Below, one piece after another: positions 17,487 through 27,236 of a stretch of DNA of 64,000 nucleotides; within the stretch, counting starts at the first letter, position 1; each line of letters opens with the position of its first letter. The DNA is taken from positions 262,876 through 326,875 of the forward strand of contig CAVOJF010000001.1 of NCBI GenBank assembly GCA_963696215.1, written 5' to 3'. The position numbers and the translations under genes are program-made. Under the pieces are notes generated by a model that saw only the letters and a list, made by a program, of their open reading frames with translations, was not told the DNA's origin and searched no databases. The stretch comes from an uncultured Actinomycetota bacterium (GTDB lineage Bacteria > Actinomycetota > Actinomycetes > Streptosporangiales > Streptosporangiaceae).

Positions 17487-17548
17487 GCTGGGCTGAGCGA
17501 GCGGGGCTGAGCGAGCGAGGCTGAGCCAGCCGGGTTGAGCGAGCGGGC
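17482..17548. repeat. 14-nt tandem repeat (GGCTGAGCGAGCGr), about 4.7 copies, filling the convergent spacer
   Basis: Units lie at 17491-17504, 17505-17518, 17519-17532 and 17533-17546, with a partial copy at 17482-17490. The array sits between the methyltransferase stop (17484-17486) and the serS stop (17549-17551). Confidence 0.75.
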
Positions 17549-18787
17549 CTAGTAGCGGCCGATGGCTGGCGGGGCGCCGAACTGCTGGAGCACCGCGGGG
17601 ACGGCGACCTTGCCGCCTTCGTCTTGGAAGTTCTCCATGATCGAAAGCAGCGCCCTGGCGGTCGCTCCCGTTCCGTTCAGGGTGTGGACGAACTCCAGCT
17701 TGCCTTCCCTGCGGAACTTAATGTTCAGCCGGCGAGCCTGGTAGTCGGTGGTGTTCGAGCAGGACGTGATTTCCCGGTAGCGCTGCTGCGTCGGGAACCA
17801 GGCCTCGATGTCGTACTTCTTCGCCGCCGGGGCGCCGAGGTCGCCGACCGCGATGTTCATGACCCGGTACGGCACCCCGAGTTCCTGGGCGATCTCTTCC
17901 TCATACGCCAGCAGTTGCTCGTGGATCTCCCGCGACTGCTCGGGCACGCAGTAGACGTACATCTCGACCTTGTCGAATTGGTGCACCCGGAACATGCCCC
18001 TGGTGTCCTTGCCGGCCGCACCCGCCTCGCGCCTGAAGTTCGTCGTGAACCCCACGTACTTGGCAGGCAGCTGGTCCTCCTCCAGCCGCTCGTCGGCGTG
18101 GATCCCGGCAAGCGCCACCTCGGAGGTGCCGGTCAGGTAGAGGTCGTCCTTCTCCAGCCGGTACAGGTTGGACTCCTCGGTGGGCAGGAACCCGGTCCCG
18201 TACATGGCGGGCTCGCCGGCCAGGATCGGCGGCAGCACGGTCAGGAATCCCTCGCCGCGCAGCTTGTGCAGCACGTACTGGTAGAGCGCCATCTCGGTGA
18301 CCGCGACGTCGCCGATCCGGTACGCGAACCGCGAGCCTGACAGCCGGGCGCCGCGCGCCATGTCGATCCAGCCGCGCTCTGAGCCGAGCTCCAGGTGGTC
18401 TTTGGGCTCGAAGTCAAAAGTGGGCGGCTCGCCGACTTCCCGGACGACCTGGGCGTCCTCCTCGTCCATGCCGTCGGCCGCGGTCGGATCGGGCAGGTTC
18501 GGTATCCGGGCGAGGACCTCATCCCTGCGCTGGGCGGCCTCGGCCTGCTGTCGCAGCGCCGTCTCGATCCTGGCTGACAGCTCCTTCAGCGCCGCGAGCT
18601 CGTCAGGACTCGGCTTTCCCTTGGAGGCCTTCTTCTGCTCGGCGCGCAGGGACTCGGCGCGCTCGGTGTGCTCGCGCCAGCTGGCGTCGGCCGCCAGCAG
18701 TTCGTCGAAGTCCTCGGCCGCCTCGCGCCTGGCCAGCGCGGCCCGGAACGCGTCCTGATTCTGTCGTGCCGCCTTGAGGTCAATCAC
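17549..18787 (-). CDS. serS: Serine--tRNA ligase
   Basis: 412 aa. An N-terminal coiled-coil arm (MIDLKAARQNQDAFRAALARRE...) is followed by a class II catalytic core (FRREAGAAGKDTRGMFRVHQFDKVE, TLNGTGATARALLSIMENFQ). GTG start. Confidence 0.95.
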   Translation of the reverse strand: MIDLKAARQNQDAFRAALARREAAEDFDELLAADASWREHTERAESLRAEQKKASKGKPSPDELAALKELSARIETALRQQAEAAQRRDEVLARIPNLPDPTAADGMDEEDAQVVREVGEPPTFDFEPKDHLELGSERGWIDMARGARLSGSRFAYRIGDVAVTEMALYQYVLHKLRGEGFLTVLPPILAGEPAMYGTGFLPTEESNLYRLEKDDLYLTGTSEVALAGIHADERLEEDQLPAKYVGFTTNFRREAGAAGKDTRGMFRVHQFDKVEMYVYCVPEQSREIHEQLLAYEEEIAQELGVPYRVMNIAVGDLGAPAAKKYDIEAWFPTQQRYREITSCSNTTDYQARRLNIKFRREGKLEFVHTLNGTGATARALLSIMENFQDEGGKVAVPAVLQQFGAPPAIGRY

Positions 18788-18797
18788 CTAGACGAGT

Positions 18798-19835
18798 CTA
18801 GTGCCGCGCCGGCGGCCCGCTTTTCATGATCGCGGATGTCTCTCGGCCTTCCTGCTGAAATTCGTCCGTGATCATGAATGGCGGGGCGGGGGCGCCGACG
18901 GCGGTGGCGGCAGGGGCGCCGACGGCGGTGGCGGGAGGGGCGGCGGTGGCGGGAGGGGCGGCGGCAGGGGCGGGGCGCGCGGGGCGCGTAGCCAGCACCG
19001 AGCCGACCAGGATGATGCCGAACGCGATCAGCATGGTCGCCGTGACGTGCTCCCCGAGCACGGCCACGCCGAGGGTCACGGCGATCGCGGGGTTGATGTA
19101 GGTGATGATGCTGGTCCTCGCCGGACCTGCCTCGCTGATCAGCTGGAAGAAGATCAGGAACGCGGCGGCCGTGCAGACCACGGCGAGACCGGCCATCGCG
19201 AGCAGCACGTTGGTGGACGGGACGTGCGACGGCCAGTTCAGCGCCGCGAGCGGGGCGTAGACCACGCTGGCGAGAACCAGGCAGGCGGCGGTCATGGCCA
19301 GGGGCGGGACGTCGGCCAGCTTACGGTCGGCGATCAGCGGGCCGGTCGAGTAACACAGAGCGACAAACAGCACCTCAGCGACGGACCTCGCGCTGGCGCC
19401 ACTCGAGGAGACGAGGTGCGGGCCGGCCAGCAGCGCCACTCCGCCGAGCCCGATCAGCAGACCGGTCCAGCGCACCGGGCTGAGCCGGTCGCCGCCGGAC
19501 AGGAAGAGGCTGAGTACCGCCACGATGATCGGCACTGACGCGATCAGCAGGCCAGTCAGCGAACTGCTGATGCCGCGCTCGGCCTCGGACAGCGCGAACC
19601 ACGGAATGATGATCTCGACGACCGCGAACAGCAGCAGCCAGGGCCAGACCGGCTTGAGCGCGCTGAACTGCCTGCGCCGCAGCGCGAGCGGCAGCAGCAG
19701 CGCCGCGCCAAGCGCGACCCGCGCGAGCACGAGGACCGGTACTGAAACGCCGCCGACGGCGACCTTGATCAGCAGGTACGGCAGGCCCCAGATCACGCTC
19801 ATCGCCGCGAACAAGACCCAGCCTCGACGGCTCAC
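18798..19835 (-). CDS. DMT superfamily (EamA-like) transporter with a Pro/Ala-rich C-terminal tail
   Basis: Ten predicted TM segments in two EamA-like halves. The tail PAPAAAPPATAAPPATAVGAPAATAVGAPAPP is encoded by imperfect 18-24 nt tandem repeats at about 18888-18975. Confidence 0.8.
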   Translation of the reverse strand: MSRRGWVLFAAMSVIWGLPYLLIKVAVGGVSVPVLVLARVALGAALLLPLALRRRQFSALKPVWPWLLLFAVVEIIIPWFALSEAERGISSSLTGLLIASVPIIVAVLSLFLSGGDRLSPVRWTGLLIGLGGVALLAGPHLVSSSGASARSVAEVLFVALCYSTGPLIADRKLADVPPLAMTAACLVLASVVYAPLAALNWPSHVPSTNVLLAMAGLAVVCTAAAFLIFFQLISEAGPARTSIITYINPAIAVTLGVAVLGEHVTATMLIAFGIILVGSVLATRPARPAPAAAPPATAAPPATAVGAPAATAVGAPAPPFMITDEFQQEGRETSAIMKSGPPARH

Positions 19836-19871
19836 CAGCCGGCTCCTCTCTCGTCGTCCCGCGTCGCGGCT

Positions 19872-21640
19872 GTGTCCCCGCTTGGCGGTTGTCGTCCCCG
19901 CTTCGCGGCTTCGTCCTCACTCTCAAGGTCGCCTGACGCGCCGGTTATTCCGCGCGAGCCGACGCGCGCGTGGCCATCATGCTCGCGGGATACGCTCGAA
20001 GGAACTGCAGAATCATCCGCCACCAACCGTCCGGAGTCTCTGTTGCACCACAGCCAGGCCGCCGCGACTCCGGCCGCCGAGGGCAGTGCTGCACCGGCCG
20101 CAACCGCTCCTTCAAAGCCTTCCTGGCCTGGGCTGAATCGCTGGTGGTCGCTTGCCGCCGCGTTCGCGGCCGGACTGGCCCTGGCGGGGGCGTTCCCGCC
20201 GTACGGTTTCTGGCCGCTGGCCAGCGTCGGGCCAGCGCTGCTTATCGTCGCCGTCTGGGGCAAGCGGCGGCTGGCGACCTGCGCCCTGGCGCTGCTGTGC
20301 GGGCTGGTCTTCTTCGTCGCACTGCTGTCCTGGCTGGTCAACGTCGCGTGGTACGCGTGGCTCACGCTGGCGCTGATCGAGGCGCTCATCTTCGCGGTGC
20401 TGGCGCTCGCGCTCAGGCCCTTGCTGCGGCTGCGGTTCTGGCCGCTCGCGGTGGCCGGCTGGTGGGTGCTCCAGGAGGCGGTGCACGACAGGTTCCCGTG
20501 GGGCGGATTCCCGTGGGGCCGGCTCGCCATGAGCCAGCAGGACGCGCCGACCGCGGGCTGGACGGCGATCGGCGGCCCGCCGCTGCTGACCTTCCTGGTG
20601 GCCCTGGCCGGCGCGGGCTTGGCGTACCTCGCCATAGCGGGCCGGCCGGGCGCCGGCCGCTCGCACGCGGGGCCATGGTCGTCGCGCTGACGTCGGGGCT
20701 CGCGCTGAGCGGCAGCCTGGTGTGGTCGCCGCCGTCCGGGCCGGCCCCGACCGCGCAGATCGCGACCGTGCAGGGCGACGTGCCGCACGCAAGGAACCTG
20801 CCTAACCTGCTCCGCGCCAGCACAGTGACCGAGAATCACGCGCTCGCGACGATCGCGCTGGCGCGGCAGGTGCGAGCGGGTACCCGCCCCGCACCCGCCC
20901 TGGTGATCTGGCCGGAGAACTCCACCGACATCGACCCCAGGCTGTCGGCCCCGACCTACGCCTCGATTGCCTTCGCGGTGAACGCGATCGACCGGCCCGT
21001 GCTGGTCGGCGCCGTGCTCGACCACCCGCTGCGCAACTCCGGGCAGCTCTGGCTGCCCGGTCGCGGACCGGTCAAGGAGTACATCAAGCGGCAACTAGTC
21101 CCGTTCGGCGAGGTGATCCCGCTGCGCGGGCTGCTCAGCCTCGTCACCTCGCTGCCGCAGCTACAGCCGCGCAACTTCACGCCCGGCCATAGCGCGGTCG
21201 TCTTTCCGATCGGCAAGATCAGGCTCGGCGACGTGATCTGCTACGAGGTCGGGTTCGACAACCTGGTGCGGTCCGAGGTCCTGGCCGGCGCGAACCTGCT
21301 CACCGTCCAGACCAACGACGCGGACTTCGAGCTCGACGGCCAGCTCGGCGAGAGCCTGCAGCAGCTCGCGATGGCCAGGATCGACGCGATCACGACCGGC
21401 CGCGCGGTTGCGGTCGCATCGACTACCGGACTCAGTGCGATCATCGCCCCCGACGGGTCGATCCTGACCAAGAGCAAGACCTGGCAGCGGGCCATCCTGG
21501 AGTCGCGGGTGCCGCTGCGGACCGAGCTCACGCCCGCCGTCCACGCTGGCGAGTGGCCAGAACTTGGCATCATCGCGCTCACGCTGCTCGCTCTGGCGTG
21601 GGCGATCGGATCAGGCTGGCGGCGACGCCGCCAGCAATAA
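19872..21640 (+). pseudogene. lnt: Apolipoprotein N-acyltransferase; frame break at about 20640-20680 (start codon uncertain)
   Basis: The membrane domain is in ORF 19872..20690 (FPPYGFWPLASV...FPWGGFPWGRLAMSQ). The CN-hydrolase domain with the E-K-C triad context (VIWPENS, KRQLVPFGEVIP, VICYEVGF) is in the frame of ORF 19970..21640. Confidence 0.85.
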
Positions 21641-21686
21641 CGGCCCGCGCTTGCCTCGGCGCGGCCCGCGTGCCAGGTTGGCGTGC

Positions 21687-22424
21687 ATGCCTACTCGTGC
21701 CGTGCACATAGTCTTCGACGCCGCTGACCCGTCCGCGCTCGCGGCCTTCTGGGCCGCGGCGCTGCATTGGGAGGTTGATGCTGACGATCCCGACGAGGCC
21801 GTCGCCGAGCCCGCGGGGTTCGACTACCCGAGCCAGGCCGCGCTTGGACTGGTGTTCGTGCGGGTCCCCGACCGCAAGACCGGCAAGAACCGCGTCCACC
21901 TCGACCTGTCGAGCACATCGCTAGAAGATCAGTCCGCGCAGGTGCAGCGGCTGCTCGGCCTCGGCGCCTCGCGCGCCGACATCGGCCAGGGCGACGTCGC
22001 GTGGGAGGTCCTCACCGACCCGGAGGGCAACGAGTTCTGCGTGCTCGAGCCCCGCGACGCCTACAGGGACGCCAGGCCGGTGGCCGCGGTCGTCATCGAC
22101 TGCGCGCGGCCCGACGAGCTGGTGCGGTTCTGGGCCGAGGCGACGGGCTGGAAGGTGCACACCTGCGAGCACGACTTCGCGTCGCTGCGGGCGCCCGCCG
22201 GCACGGGCCCGTTCCTCGAGTTGCTCCAGGTTCCTGACGCCAAGACCGCCAAGAACCGGCTGCACGTGGATGTCGCGCCGTTCACAGACGGCGACGCCCA
22301 GGCAGAGGCCCGCAGGCTGGAACAGGCGGGCGCTGTGCGGCAAGACATCGGCCAGGGTGACGTGACCTGGGTCGTGCTCGCCGATCCTGAAGGCAATGAG
22401 TTCTGCGTGCTGTCGCCGCGATGA
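21687..22424 (+). CDS. VOC (glyoxalase-like) family protein, two tandem domains
   Basis: Two repeats end in DPEGNEFCVLEPR and DPEGNEFCVLSPR, each preceded by KNR(V/L)H(L/V)D. ATG at 21687. Confidence 0.8.
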   Translation: MPTRAVHIVFDAADPSALAAFWAAALHWEVDADDPDEAVAEPAGFDYPSQAALGLVFVRVPDRKTGKNRVHLDLSSTSLEDQSAQVQRLLGLGASRADIGQGDVAWEVLTDPEGNEFCVLEPRDAYRDARPVAAVVIDCARPDELVRFWAEATGWKVHTCEHDFASLRAPAGTGPFLELLQVPDAKTAKNRLHVDVAPFTDGDAQAEARRLEQAGAVRQDIGQGDVTWVVLADPEGNEFCVLSPR

Positions 22425-22535
22425 CCCGGCGATAGCGGCGATAGCCGCGGAGCGGGCGGTACGGCCGTGACATTACGGGCAGCACAATGAAGGTACTGCC
22501 AGCCCAGACCCGATCACGGAGCACACTGCCCCACC

Positions 22536-24207
22536 ATGAGCACCCAGTCCGCCGACCCAGCCTTGCCCCGCAGCCCCGCGAGGCCAGCTAGTCGTCGCCG
22601 CAGGAGCAGGGGTTTTCTGCGGGCTTTGACCAGGCCCGCCCGGTATGCCGCGCTGGTCGCCGGGGCGCTGCCGGTGCTGGCGTTTCCGTCGCTGAACCTA
22701 GAATTCCTCGCCTGGTTCGGGCTCGTGCCCGGGCTCTTGCTGCTCAGGGCGGCTCCGACCGGCCGCGAGGCCGCGGTCAGGGGCTGGTGGCTAGGCATCG
22801 GCTACCTGATGATGGCGATGTACTGGCTCACCCCCAACCTCGGCCCTGCGGTGCTGCTGGTGGCGATCGTGCTCGGCGCACCCTGGAGCGGGGTCGGCTA
22901 CGCCGCCTGGCGACTGCTGCGCGGTCAGGAAGAGGCGCCGGGACGGACCGGGGCGCAGTGGCGCATCCCTGGCCCGCCTGGCCCGACGGCCCGGCAGGCA
23001 CTCGCCGCGCTGTTCGTCTTGCCCAGTTGCTGGGTGGTGATCGACTGGATCAGGTCGTGGCAGGGAATCGGCGGGCCATGGGCGGTGTTCGGCGCGAGCC
23101 AGTGGCAGCACCCCGTGGTGCTCGCGCTGGCCGCGACGGGAGGCGTCTGGCTGATCAGCTTCGTGCTGGTCGCCGTCAACACCGCGATCGTGATCCTGCT
23201 CGACGGCCGCGCGGTTGCCAGCGCGGGCTCTCGGCGTGGCCGCTGCTGCGGTCGCGATCGCTGCCGGGCCCGTCGCGTTCGCGCTGACGGCCAGTGAATA
23301 CCGCGTTCCGCCCGCAGGCCACGTCACGCTCGCGCTGGTCCAGCCGGGGCTGGCCAGCGGCCCGAGGGGCCTGCTCGCGAGGGAGATCAGGCTCAGCTCC
23401 ACTGGCCCGCGGTCTGACCTGGTCGTCTGGGGCGAGAGCAGCGTGGGCTATGACCTCGCTACCGCGCACCGGGTGCTGCACCGGCTGCAGCGCCTGTCCG
23501 CGAAGATCGGGACCCAGGTGCTGGTCAGCCAGGATGCGGTCAGCCCTGCGGGGGCCAAGTCCAAGGTCGCCGTCCTGATCGGTCCCAGCGGCATCGAGCA
23601 GAGCTACACCAAGACCCGGCTGGTGCCGTTCGGCGAGTACATACCGTTCAGGTCGCTCCTCGGCTGGCTCACCTCGGTTAGCAGGGCCGCGCCGGAGAAC
23701 ATGGTCTCCGGCGCGGGTGCCAAGGTGCTGCACGCCGTTCTGCCGGGCGGACGCGGCCTGAACGTCGGGGTCCTGATCTGCTTCGAGTCGTCCTTCCCCG
23801 ACATGTCGGCTGTCGACGCCAACCGGGGTGCCCAGGTTCTCATCTACCAGACCTCCGACTCGACCTTCCAGGGCAGCTGGGCGCCCGAGCAGCACGCGTC
23901 GCTGGCGGCGCTGCGCGCCGCCGAGACCGGCAGGCCGGCCGTGCAGGCGGCCCTGACCGGTGACTCCGTCGCCTTCGACTCCCGCGGCAGGCTGCTCACC
24001 TGGGCAGGCACCGGCCGTCCTGCCTGGGCTGGGACGGCCGATCGCGGCGTGCTGCTGGTCAGGCTTGCCCTCCCGCCGGCCAGCGTGCGGACCCCGTTTG
24101 ACCGGCTCGGGGACTACGTGCCGTGGTTCGCGATCGCCGTCGCGGCGGTAGCGGCAGCCGCCGCGCTCGGGGCGGCCCGGCGCCGCCGGCCCGCTGCCGG
24201 CCGATGA
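22536..24207 (+). pseudogene. lnt: Apolipoprotein N-acyltransferase paralogue; frame break at about 23195-23225
   Basis: The membrane domain is in ORF 22536..23297 (LAFPSLNLEFLAWFGLVP...WQGIGGPWAVFGASQ). The CN-hydrolase domain (VVWGESS, KTRLVPFGEYIPF, VLICFESSF) is in ORF 23215..24207. Confidence 0.85.
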
Positions 24208-24343
24208 TTTAGGCAACCAATGGCGGCCGCGTTACGTCTAGAAAACCGGGAGAGCGGGGACCTGAGCATGCCGACGGCGAAGGCATACTGAGAAACGACC
24301 TGGGTACTCGCACGATTTTCGATCCGGTTCCTGGGAGGACGGC

Positions 24344-25681
24344 GTGTTGCACGAGGACAACCGATCAAGGCTGCACCCATCGGTGCTGCGCCGATCGGCA
24401 AGGGGCAGGTCAGGCCTGGGCCGGCTAGCACCCATCGCCGCGATCTGCGTGACGGGGATCCTCGCGGCCGCATGCCAGTCCTCGTCCAGCGGCGGATCGG
24501 GCGGCGGCACATCGGGCCACAGTTCGCCGCCCGCAGACACCGTCCACCTCAGCATCACCCCGGCCAGCGGCAGCGCAGCCGCCAACCCGCGCAAGGGCAT
24601 CACGGTCACCTCGACCAAGGGCACCATCAAGTCGGTCACCGTTACCGGGGACGGGCTGACCGGAGAGCGGGCCGTCACTGGCACGCTGAATAGCTCGAAG
24701 ACGCTCTGGCACACCAACTGGACGCTGCCCGTGGACCAGACCCTCACGGTCACCGCTACCGCCGTCGGCTCGGGTCACTCCATCACCCAGACCAGCACGT
24801 TCAAGACGCTCAGGCCGTCGCAGACCTTCGTCACCCACATCTTCGAGGGTTACAAGTCTCAGTACGGGGTCGGCATGCCGATCATGCTGACCTTCAGCCA
24901 GCCCATCAAGAACAAGGCCGCGGTGGAGCGCGCGCTGCAGCTCACGACGTCCAAGCCGGTCGTCGGGGCCTGGTCCTGGGACAACAGCCAGACGCTGTCG
25001 TTCCGCCCCCGCGACTACTGGCCTGCGCACACCCAGGTCAGCTTCGTCGGGCACCTGGACGGCGTCGAGGCCTCCCCTGGCGTCTACGGTGACCACACGC
25101 TGACCCAGGAGTTCAGCATCGGCAAGTCGCTCATCGTCGTCGCGAGCACGGCCAAGCACCACATGTGGCTGTACAGGGACGGCAAGCTGCTGCGGCACTG
25201 GCCGATCAGCACGGGCCGGCCCGGCGACGACACTCCCAACGGGACCTACCTGACGATCGAGAAGGGCAACCCGGTCCTGATGAAGGGTCCCGGCTACTCC
25301 CTCGAGGTGCCCTGGTCCGTCCGGTTCACCTGGAGCGGCGACTACCTGCACGACGCGTACTGGTCGACCGGCCAGCAGGGGTTCGAGAACGTCAGCCACG
25401 GCTGCGTCAACATGGCGCCAGCCGACGCTGAGTACTACTACAAGATGGCCGAGCCCGGCGACCCGGTCACGATCATCGGCAGCCCGCGCGGCGGCGTCTG
25501 GGACAACGGCTGGACACAGTGGTTCCTGAGCTGGCCAGAATTCCTGAAGGGCAGCGCGCTGCACCAAGCGGTCATGGCAGGACCAACCGGGAGCACCTTC
25601 GTGGATCCGTCGACCGTGACGTCGTCCACGGCCTCCTCGCCCATCGGCGCCCCGAAAGCAGGCAACTCGCGCTCCGGCTAG
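24344..25681 (+). CDS. L,D-transpeptidase (YkuD domain), probably a lipoprotein or secreted protein
   Basis: The catalytic motif ...YLHDAYWSTGQQGFENVSHGCVNM is present. The N-terminal signal ends ILAAACQSSSSGGSGGG (lipobox-like). Ig-like N-terminal domains resemble mycobacterial Ldt enzymes. Confidence 0.9.
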   Translation: MLHEDNRSRLHPSVLRRSARGRSGLGRLAPIAAICVTGILAAACQSSSSGGSGGGTSGHSSPPADTVHLSITPASGSAAANPRKGITVTSTKGTIKSVTVTGDGLTGERAVTGTLNSSKTLWHTNWTLPVDQTLTVTATAVGSGHSITQTSTFKTLRPSQTFVTHIFEGYKSQYGVGMPIMLTFSQPIKNKAAVERALQLTTSKPVVGAWSWDNSQTLSFRPRDYWPAHTQVSFVGHLDGVEASPGVYGDHTLTQEFSIGKSLIVVASTAKHHMWLYRDGKLLRHWPISTGRPGDDTPNGTYLTIEKGNPVLMKGPGYSLEVPWSVRFTWSGDYLHDAYWSTGQQGFENVSHGCVNMAPADAEYYYKMAEPGDPVTIIGSPRGGVWDNGWTQWFLSWPEFLKGSALHQAVMAGPTGSTFVDPSTVTSSTASSPIGAPKAGNSRSG

Positions 25682-26003
25682 CGGACGCGACCTCGTGACG
25701 TGCATCACTTTGATCGTCCCTGGGATGCGGATCTGTCATCGTCGCGTTACACATTGTGACCCCCGCCGGGAAGACGGTACAAACCCCATAAACCGCTTTC
25801 CGCTCCCCGAGGCCGGCTGACCAGGACCGCACCCCCGCGACTCCCTGCAGCCGCCCGCGCTGAACCAGCGAGGCGCGTACGAGACGCCCACGGCGTCCTT
25901 GTACACATGCGCCAGACTGCCGGCCGGCGAACGCCGGAGGCAAGGCACCGCTCCCAGTTACTCCAGGGACGCGGCGGTGGCGGGTCAGCACGGAAGGAAC
26001 GCG

Positions 26004-26939
26004 ATGACCCGCACCCCCCGTAACCCCCGTACCCCCCTGCACGACCTGATTTCCCGAGTTCATATCCCGGCTGGCCTCAGCCGGAAGACCGTGGCCTACG
26101 CGGGCGCTGGGCTGGCGCTAGCTGGCGTCACGGGCGCGACGGCGGCCGCCGGTTTCGCCGGGGCCCCGGCCAGCGCCGCGACTGCTCAACACACCGTGAC
26201 CAGGACCATCGGCGGCGCCCCCCACGACGCGCCCGCGGCTGCCGCCAAGCCGGCTGAGGCGAAGCACGCCGCCAAGCCCGCTGCTAAGCCCGCGGCCAGC
26301 AAGAGCACGGCCAAGAAGTCGGCGCCGGCGAAGAAGGCCGCGCCCGCGAAGAAGGCCGCTCCTGCCAAGCACACGGCGCCCGCCAAAAAGCACGCGCCGA
26401 CCACGCACCACGCGCGGACCTGGGCAGCGGTGAGCCGGATTGTGGCCAAGCACACCTACCCGAAGCCCGCGGGCCACGCCACGCTGCCCGCGCAGGACAA
26501 GCTCACCCCCGTCGGCACGAGCGGTCCGCAGACCTGGATGCCGATCACGCCAGCCCGCTGGGACAACGCCAAGACCATCGTCCACGAGGCGATCAGGAAG
26601 CACATGGGCCTGCGCTCGGCCGTGATCGCCGTCGCCACCTCCATGCAGGAGTCCACCCTGCTGAACCTGAACTACGGCGACCGCGACTCGCTCGGCCTGT
26701 TCCAGCAGCGCCCGTCATGCGGCTGGGGTACCCCCGGCCAGATCCAGCACCCCGCATACGCGGCCGACGCATTCCTGAAGGCGCTGCACGGCTACCAGGC
26801 CGGCGACCCGGCATGGGCGCACCAGCCGCTGTGGCAGGCAGCCCAGGGCGTTCAGGGCTCCGCCTTCCCCTCGGCCTACGCCAAGTGGGAAGCCCAGGCC
26901 GCGCACCTCGTCGCCTCGGTTACCAAGCACCTGGTCTGA
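26004..26939 (+). CDS. Secreted protein with a Lys/Ala/Pro-rich repeat region and a conserved C-terminal domain of unknown function
   Basis: ATG 26004 follows GGAAGGA. A signal-like segment is followed by AAKPAEAKHAAKPAAKPAASKSTAKKSAPAKKAAPAKKAAPAKHTAPAKKHAP and then MQESTLLNLNYGDRDSLGLFQQRPSCGWGT. Confidence 0.7.
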   Translation: MTRTPRNPRTPLHDLISRVHIPAGLSRKTVAYAGAGLALAGVTGATAAAGFAGAPASAATAQHTVTRTIGGAPHDAPAAAAKPAEAKHAAKPAAKPAASKSTAKKSAPAKKAAPAKKAAPAKHTAPAKKHAPTTHHARTWAAVSRIVAKHTYPKPAGHATLPAQDKLTPVGTSGPQTWMPITPARWDNAKTIVHEAIRKHMGLRSAVIAVATSMQESTLLNLNYGDRDSLGLFQQRPSCGWGTPGQIQHPAYAADAFLKALHGYQAGDPAWAHQPLWQAAQGVQGSAFPSAYAKWEAQAAHLVASVTKHLV

Positions 26940-27014
26940 TCCCCGAGCTCCGCCGCCGTCCCCCCACGGCGCGGACCGCGGCGCGCGCCTCCCCCCGGCG
27001 CTGCCGCACCACCC

Positions 27015-27054
27015 GTGTGCCCCGTCTCTAGCCCCCGTTGGAGACGGGGCACAC
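27015..27054 (+). terminator. Stem-loop (14-bp perfect stem, 12-nt loop)
   Basis: GTGTGCCCCGTCTC (27015-27028) pairs with GAGACGGGGCACAC (27041-27054), about 75 nt after the stop at 26939. Confidence 0.65.
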
Positions 27055-27236
27055 GCATGCCCGGACGTGGATCGGGGGGTGCAGTCCGGGGCAGCGAGAG
27101 CGGCCAGCGGGCCGGCCAATCCGTCCCTGGCCCGGTGATCGCGACCGGGGCTGAACTCGCCGCGAATCTTAAGTACTACCTAATTTTCACCTGAGGCAGG
27201 TCAGAGCAGTAACACCGATGCTGTAGAACTTTCGCC

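Noticed and set aside
19970-21640. A continuous 556-aa ORF that could be taken as an intact lnt gene.
   Set aside because: Its first 230 or so residues are Arg/Gly-rich and non-membrane-like. The genuine Lnt membrane domain (FPPYGFWPL...FPWGGFPWGRL) is encoded in the other frame (19872..20690). The single long ORF is therefore a by-product of GC richness, not evidence of an unbroken gene.
25682-26003. A possible cyclic-di-AMP (ydaO-type) riboswitch upstream of the secreted cell-envelope protein. This riboswitch class is known to sit upstream of wall-hydrolase genes in actinomycetes.
   Set aside because: I could not find the conserved core segments, such as the ACAGCTnACCTCGTA-like element or the paired GGGGA / CCGAA motifs. 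A covariance-model scan would be needed to exclude it formally.
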